A stretch of DNA of 64,000 bases from Cyanidioschyzon merolae (taxonomy: Eukaryota): the NCBI GenBank assembly GCA_000091205.1, contig AP006502.2; one strand, given 5' to 3'. Shown here piece by piece: positions 60,501 through 64,000 of the stretch. Position 1 is the stretch's first letter, and the number at the start of each line of letters is the position of its first letter. The position numbers were made by a program, and so were the translations under genes. The notes under the pieces are model-generated. The model ran no database searches. It was not told where the DNA came from and saw only the letters and a program-made list of their open reading frames with translations.

Positions 60501-61372
60501 GAAGCGACCAGCGCGACGACAGCTGCGGCTCGGGCGACAACAGCGTCCAAAGCGGGTCCGTCGCGTACGCGGACGCCTGCACCGGTATAACGCACGGCTT
60601 CTGTGAGCGGGTATCGATTGGAAAGCCAGTTTGCGAGCTCGTGAAAGGGATAGGGAGAAGCATCGGTCGTGTTTAGACATTGACCGGCTTCGGAACGTTC
60701 CCCTAACGAGCAGAGCGTGGCACGTCCGACACCGCCAGCGAGCTTGCAGGGTCGCAACCGCACGCTGCGAGGCGGTGCGCGACCACGGAGCCTAGTTTGG
60801 TGCCTCGTTATAGGACGAAGCTGAGGCGAAACCGTTCGTCGACTTGCAACCAGGGCCAAGTCAGGGACCAGGCCGCTTGCCCCGAACATGAAGTGTACTC
60901 GGTGCGAAAAATCGATGGCGAGCGTCATCGCCTGTGCGCACAAGCTCACTGGCGATGTTCGCTTAGGACCCGTCCCGTTCCGAATAACTTCCTGTTGGGT
61001 TCCGCATGAAAGATTTCCTGCTGGACGCTGTGATCTTCGTTGTGTCGAGAGGGTTCCGTGGGAGCTTGGACTTTGGGTGCAGTTATGGAATACGGAGACC
61101 AGTGGGGCTATGCATAGACCCCTGCAAACAAGTGCTGAGCATTTCCAGGAGGAATCGTATGCGCGCGCAGTCTGTTGCAGGTTCGGTGGACGCCCATTCG
61201 TGGTCAGCGCTTTCTCGGGTATGAGTAGCGTCGCATGCTGCCCGTTCGCCCTTGTTGAAGAGCCGGAACTCGACACGCGAGGAAGCGTCGACTCAACGAT
61301 GGATCCGATTGTTCTGAAAACGTACATATATGTACAATGGACAGATCGCTGTACTGTAATGCGTGCGCGCAC
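57578..61372 (-). CDS. Fusion protein: phosphoacetylglucosamine mutase (AGM1/PGM3-type) + GlmU-type N-acetylglucosamine-1-phosphate uridylyltransferase domain (no acetyltransferase LbH domain)
   Basis: 1264-codon uninterrupted ORF. AGM1 part (about residues 240-900): 'RYTGAGVRVRDG', phospho-Ser loop 'GLMITASHNPSSENGVKVV', 'ERCGAEYIHQ', 'ALDGDADRLVYY', 'YDGDWIALCLVAF', 'AVYAEPNGHVG', 'SVLVRPSRTQP'. C-terminal part (about 935-1230): 'VGIVLAAGRGTRFRAAYPKVVHSFCGKPMLRHVVETL', 'RQSQPLGTGHALYAAL', 'GDILVLYGDNPGVD', 'DAGAYGRVVRD', 'EYYATDLVQMAV', 'LEGVNTVAELEALEQM', which is the GlmU N-terminal nucleotidyltransferase fold. The first 150-240 residues of the track ORF may be 5' read-through; alternative starts are near 60928. 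Confidence 0.8.
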   Translation of the reverse strand: MRARITVQRSVHCTYMYVFRTIGSIVESTLPRVSSSGSSTRANGQHATLLIPEKALTTNGRPPNLQQTARAYDSSWKCSALVCRGLCIAPLVSVFHNCTQSPSSHGTLSTQRRSQRPAGNLSCGTQQEVIRNGTGPKRTSPVSLCAQAMTLAIDFSHRVHFMFGASGLVPDLALVASRRTVSPQLRPITRHQTRLRGRAPPRSVRLRPCKLAGGVGRATLCSLGERSEAGQCLNTTDASPYPFHELANWLSNRYPLTEAVRYTGAGVRVRDGPALDAVVARAAAVVALVASFRKCVLGLMITASHNPSSENGVKVVRSDGGLLQAHLQDTPHPLLGEFFADLLQETLAPPTDSANNDSFDGMNVETLTVPIHAPRAVALGSLFHRLAHRMLHGREPAAAEKTATLPGAAGSSIDDKSGRGGVVILGYDNRPSSARLAQVALEVLLRATQCSGVRNLGLTTTPFTQYAVWASQNGRLSTFDAYVHERLVKGYHALCRALQRDPEVTGSGAVDSTTRLRVDCAYGSASVVLAEVSSLLSFPLSTTHRHEESQAVNERCGAEYIHQHAGHGDDFRCLVSGDRMAALDGDADRLVYYASSEQRSAGRTKEASSISSIVVYDGDWIALCLVAFLRRCVQLLVAAPETTTTPIQVLPRLSFGCALTAYCRRVYRERIRALCDGNLVLVPTGAQYGRDIVERCFNLAVYAEPNGHVGCYVAPLVQRQLYELLLRDVSTPLTREARYAAECIVSLARLANPAGSDGVATLLTMEALLRTEPVTHLLERLEVFASAGHSEVVNAQLTEHDMETPLLRQASRYAAANWRYTADETRVLDPEWVQTALIDEQLQRIQLEFPDVSIEDAVSVLVRPSRTQPFWRIRVEVSSTALEGEVAKTLARRLERLLRSRLRQILEQVATSLSENELRHLESGSFGIRLAETSRLGDLEVAGALLAEADAGELGPASAWQAQLQSAAVVGIVLAAGRGTRFRAAYPKVVHSFCGKPMLRHVVETLHTMGIPTVVVGNESVEGAIRTALDALPYLLVRQSQPLGTGHALYAALCSTLSTFSGDILVLYGDNPGVDSAILEPLLDQRSRQREAAAHPNGPSQTFGVILSGCYTSRDAGAYGRVVRDAQSGALRAIVEYREALQRPDGAQILAIREFYSGIMVVDRALSMQLLAASLPHRVDKGNQRVRSSSPVPERFEYYATDLVQMAVDCGYDVDVYCVREESGLLWRLEGVNTVAELEALEQMASSPPRGNNGAAMPPTRTHS

Positions 61373-62713
61373 GGAAGCAGTGCACGCTTCGACCGAGTCT
61401 TCGGTGCGTTCGATTCTTCGCGAAAAATAAAGATATTTATCATTTACAATTCACTGGACTGCACGCGTGCACAAGGGCGCAGCATCGACAGCGCGCCGTT
61501 CAAATCGCCGGGTCAAGCGCCGAGCGCTCCGGGTCGCCCGCTTCAGCAGCGCGTTTTTCTCACTGTTCGCCGTTGCCGCAGCGCTGCCTCCAAATGGGCG
61601 AGACAGGGCGCTCCGAAATGTACCGACTGCTTGCGTTCGAAATGAGTAGACTCAAACTGACTATGGAACGGTTGGGTGAGACTCTGGACCGTACCGATGC
61701 AACGACAGCGGCAGCGATAGGTTTTGTGTTGTTGGGCACGCAACTGAGCGTGGGCGCGCGCTGTGCTCTCCAGACAGCCCCAGCGCAACGATCCGTCGAG
61801 TCCACGTCACAGGACGCCTCTGAGCTGGCAACTGAGGAGTAAACGCGTTGTGTGCGCGCGATTACGACTTAAAAAAGTGCCATGAACGCGTTGCATCCCG
61901 CAGAGGATATGCATCGGAGTGTAGGCGGGTCGAATGGGCGGTGCTTCCGGCTTGTTTGTAAGCGGGGGCGCACCACTGCGCCGCCCAGCTCTGAACAAAG
62001 TGCCAAGATCGTGCGGACACCTGCCGCTGTTATTGGAGGTGCAGAATCGGGCGACTCGCTGCAGCCGCACCGGGCCGGCATTCCCCGGAAGAAAGCTCCG
62101 CCAGCGCATCCACCAAAGCGAGGTCGCGTGGCGTGCGAGCTCCGCGCCCCAAGCCACAGAGGTTTGAAAATCCTTCATGGTCTCGTCAAGCGTGCTGCTC
62201 TCTGGTGAAAGCCGGTCGGCATGTACGCAGTCCACCTCCGTGTTGTTCTTCAAATCGCGCCTGATAACATCCATAGTTTACGGTGACGAGGTGCCTTTGC
62301 CAGAGTCGGAACGCTGGCGCACTGCCAGAATGTTTCCCTGGGCCATGCATTGCTTAAGAGCAGTCATCCTAGAATAAATCCAAGACCCAGACTTTGAGCC
62401 TCGCTTCACAATGAATCAAATGCAAGTATCGTCTCCAGAGCATCTTGCAGCGCTCGATTCGCGGGAGCTTGTTTCCGCTGACGGACGTTTTCGGTCGACC
62501 GACAACAAGTGACGCAGCATAGTCTCTGTTCCAGCGACTTTGTGCGATACGAACGGGCTTAACAAACGAGCACCTCATCGTCGAACCTGATGCGGTGTTA
62601 CCAGAACTGTCTCTGAGGCAGTCCGGCGTCTCTATGTAAAACACGCGCCTCCACTTCGCTCATTGGCAGTGTGAAAAGTCTACGAGCAGCGCTCGGTTTT
62701 CACGTCGCTTTCG

Positions 62714-63370
62714 ATGACAGCGAACCTGGCGGCAACCGACGACTGGGGTGAGCTCCTCGACGTCCTGGACCCGGGGGATCCAACCGGCTCCCGGGTGATA
62801 GCACGCTACGATCGGTTACGCGTTCACCGCGAAGGGCTGCTTCACCGTTCGGTGCACGTGTGCGTGGTACGCTCCGTGCCCGACTGGCCCGCCCAGGTGC
62901 ACGGTCTGCGCAATACCAACTACAAGCTTCTGCTTCAGCGACGGAGCGAGTCCAAGGCGATTGCTCCCGGCTGTTGGGACCTATCCTGCGCAGAGCACTT
63001 GCGCGCCGGCGAGTCCTTCGAAGGAGCTGCTGTGCGGGGCCTGCAGGAAGAGCTCGGTCTAGCGCTTGCACCGGACCAGCAGACGACGCCAATACATGCC
63101 CTTGACGACGGAGAGCCGGCCTTGCAGCTCTACGACTATCCGAGCGTCGGCTTAACGGACTATGAATGGAATCGAATTTACGTAGTGTTCGTTACGGACC
63201 AGGCTGATGAGGCCCTGGCCAAACTCAAACTCGATTCCGCGGAAGTTGCTCAAGTTCGGTGGATTACCCGCGAGTCGCTCCAAATGGAACTTGCAGAGAA
63301 TCCATCGCATTTCACTCCGTGGTTTCGAGATCAGGCTCGAAAGCATCTCTTACCCAGTGCGTACAACTGA
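62714..63370 (+). CDS. Nudix-superfamily protein resembling type-1 isopentenyl-diphosphate isomerase (IDI)
   Basis: 218-aa ORF. 'EGLLHRSVHVCVV' (IDI GLLHRAFSVFLFN), 'KLLLQRRSESKAIAPGCWDLSCAEHL' (IDI [25 protein letters not shown]), Nudix-box-like 'AGESFEGAAVRGLQEELGL', and C-terminal 'FTPWFRD' (IDI ...TPWFK). The IDI versus generic Nudix hydrolase call is not verified. Confidence 0.55.
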   Translation: MTANLAATDDWGELLDVLDPGDPTGSRVIARYDRLRVHREGLLHRSVHVCVVRSVPDWPAQVHGLRNTNYKLLLQRRSESKAIAPGCWDLSCAEHLRAGESFEGAAVRGLQEELGLALAPDQQTTPIHALDDGEPALQLYDYPSVGLTDYEWNRIYVVFVTDQADEALAKLKLDSAEVAQVRWITRESLQMELAENPSHFTPWFRDQARKHLLPSAYN

Positions 63371-63571
63371 GCATGGTTCGTGAGCGACTTGTTGCTATCA
63401 CACATGCTGCGGATCGTCGGGTTATACCCGTGTCAGAATAAAGTGGAAAGGGTCCATTTCGCTGATACAGGCGCAAACGCTCAGGTTGGGGTCTGTTCCC
63501 GTTGCCGTCAATAACGGCCTTTGCTGGCTTTTTCTGTGCATGTTTTCTTTTCCTCTGTCTGAACGCAAGCT

Positions 63572-63859
63572 TTACATGGACCGGTGTCTCGCTTCTCCCT
63601 GTAGGTCCGTTGTCAGCGGGTAAAAGATATTGATGGCAGCATGAAGTTCCTTATCGACGTGCTGCTGGCTGTTGTGGATGGGTTTCATGCACACGCGGAA
63701 GTTGTCATCTAAGCGTCGTAGGCCGTTTTCACCCTCTTTGGACACAGCGCCCAATAGCCCGTTGCAGGTTGACGCTTCACTGCGATTGGATGCTCGCATA
63801 TATCCGCTAGAGCTCCTACTCCGAAAGCTGTCCTGGAGCGTGCAAAACGATTGCTTCAT
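63572..63859 (-). pseudogene. TnpB/Fanzor-like C-terminal remnant (copy C), catalytic Asp lost
   Basis: 95-aa ORF ending 'DDNFRVCMKPIHNSQQHVDKELHAAINIFYPLTTDLQGEARHR'. This aligns with copy B 'YRLCMKCVDQRQDQQNRDLNATINIF' but has KELH in place of RDLN. Any upstream part would run off the window end. Confidence 0.4.
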
Positions 63860-64000
63860 CGCCGTCGAGAGGTGCCGTCGAAGAGTGCAACAAAAGCTCC
63901 AGTCGATGCCGTCCTCGATTTCCGTACCTGGTGTCGTACTCTATGATTCCAGGCTTGTTCTGGGAGATTTTCTAAGCGAGTGCTCTGTTTGGTGCACACG

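Noticed and set aside
60888-61430. 180-aa plus-strand ORF overlapping the 5' end of the AGM1-GlmU fusion ORF
   Set aside because: It overlaps the probably non-coding N-terminal extension of the minus-strand ORF and has no recognisable features. It is more relevant as evidence that the fusion gene's real start is downstream, near 60928 or later.
1-64000. rRNA/tRNA genes
   Set aside because: No rRNA-like conserved stretches were noticed, and a manual scan cannot reliably find tRNAs. None is claimed, so tRNAscan-SE or Infernal should be run.

Overview
This 64-kb window reads as eukaryotic nuclear DNA, not prokaryotic. It is visibly GC-rich (GC not computed) and gene-dense. Its genes are long and essentially intron-free, sit on both strands, and are separated by short intergenic regions, some of them AT-richer islands. 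Many conserved enzymes carry low-complexity inserts (poly-Ser/Thr/Gly/Gln/His). The recognisable proteins are eukaryotic: two E2F factors, a SAP-domain protein, an OTU deubiquitinase, a PSMD9/Nas2 homologue and a ribosomal L1-domain protein. Several plastid-type proteins are present (Alb3-like insertase, Deg/HtrA protease, fibrillin/PAP, a DUF3119-like protein), together with a flagellar-type NDK-Dpy30-adenylate-kinase protein. Together these point to an intron-poor, flagellated, plastid-bearing protist or alga. About 25 genes are called.

The main observations are these.
1. Four consecutive leucine-catabolism enzymes are clustered at 21.2-31.5 kb (MCCB, IVD, MCCA, AUH), with IVD and MCCA sharing a divergent promoter.
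2. A single 1264-codon ORF fuses phosphoacetylglucosamine mutase (AGM1) to a bacterial GlmU-type uridylyltransferase domain. This would put two successive UDP-GlcNAc biosynthesis steps in one polypeptide.
3. At least five decayed copies of a TnpB/Fanzor-like RuvC-nuclease gene family are present. Each shows a CxxC...RDxNAAINI-type C-terminal remnant and/or an N-terminal homology block. Four of the five lie in AT-rich islands between host genes; the most complete is a roughly 2.2-kb frame-disrupted gene at 6.0-8.2 kb.
4. There are several unusual domain architectures: NDK-Dpy30-AK, LysM-TM-FNR-like, a probably N-myristoylated OTU protease, and two tandem E2F paralogues with E2F-consensus motifs in their shared upstream region.
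5. Three short tandem repeat arrays (92, 65 and 88 bp periods) lie in intergenic regions.

No CRISPR array, rRNA gene or operon-like structure was seen, and tRNAs could not be screened reliably by eye. Family assignments rest on motif recall from the translations, not on database searches. Start codons are uncertain because the ORF track uses some non-ATG starts.
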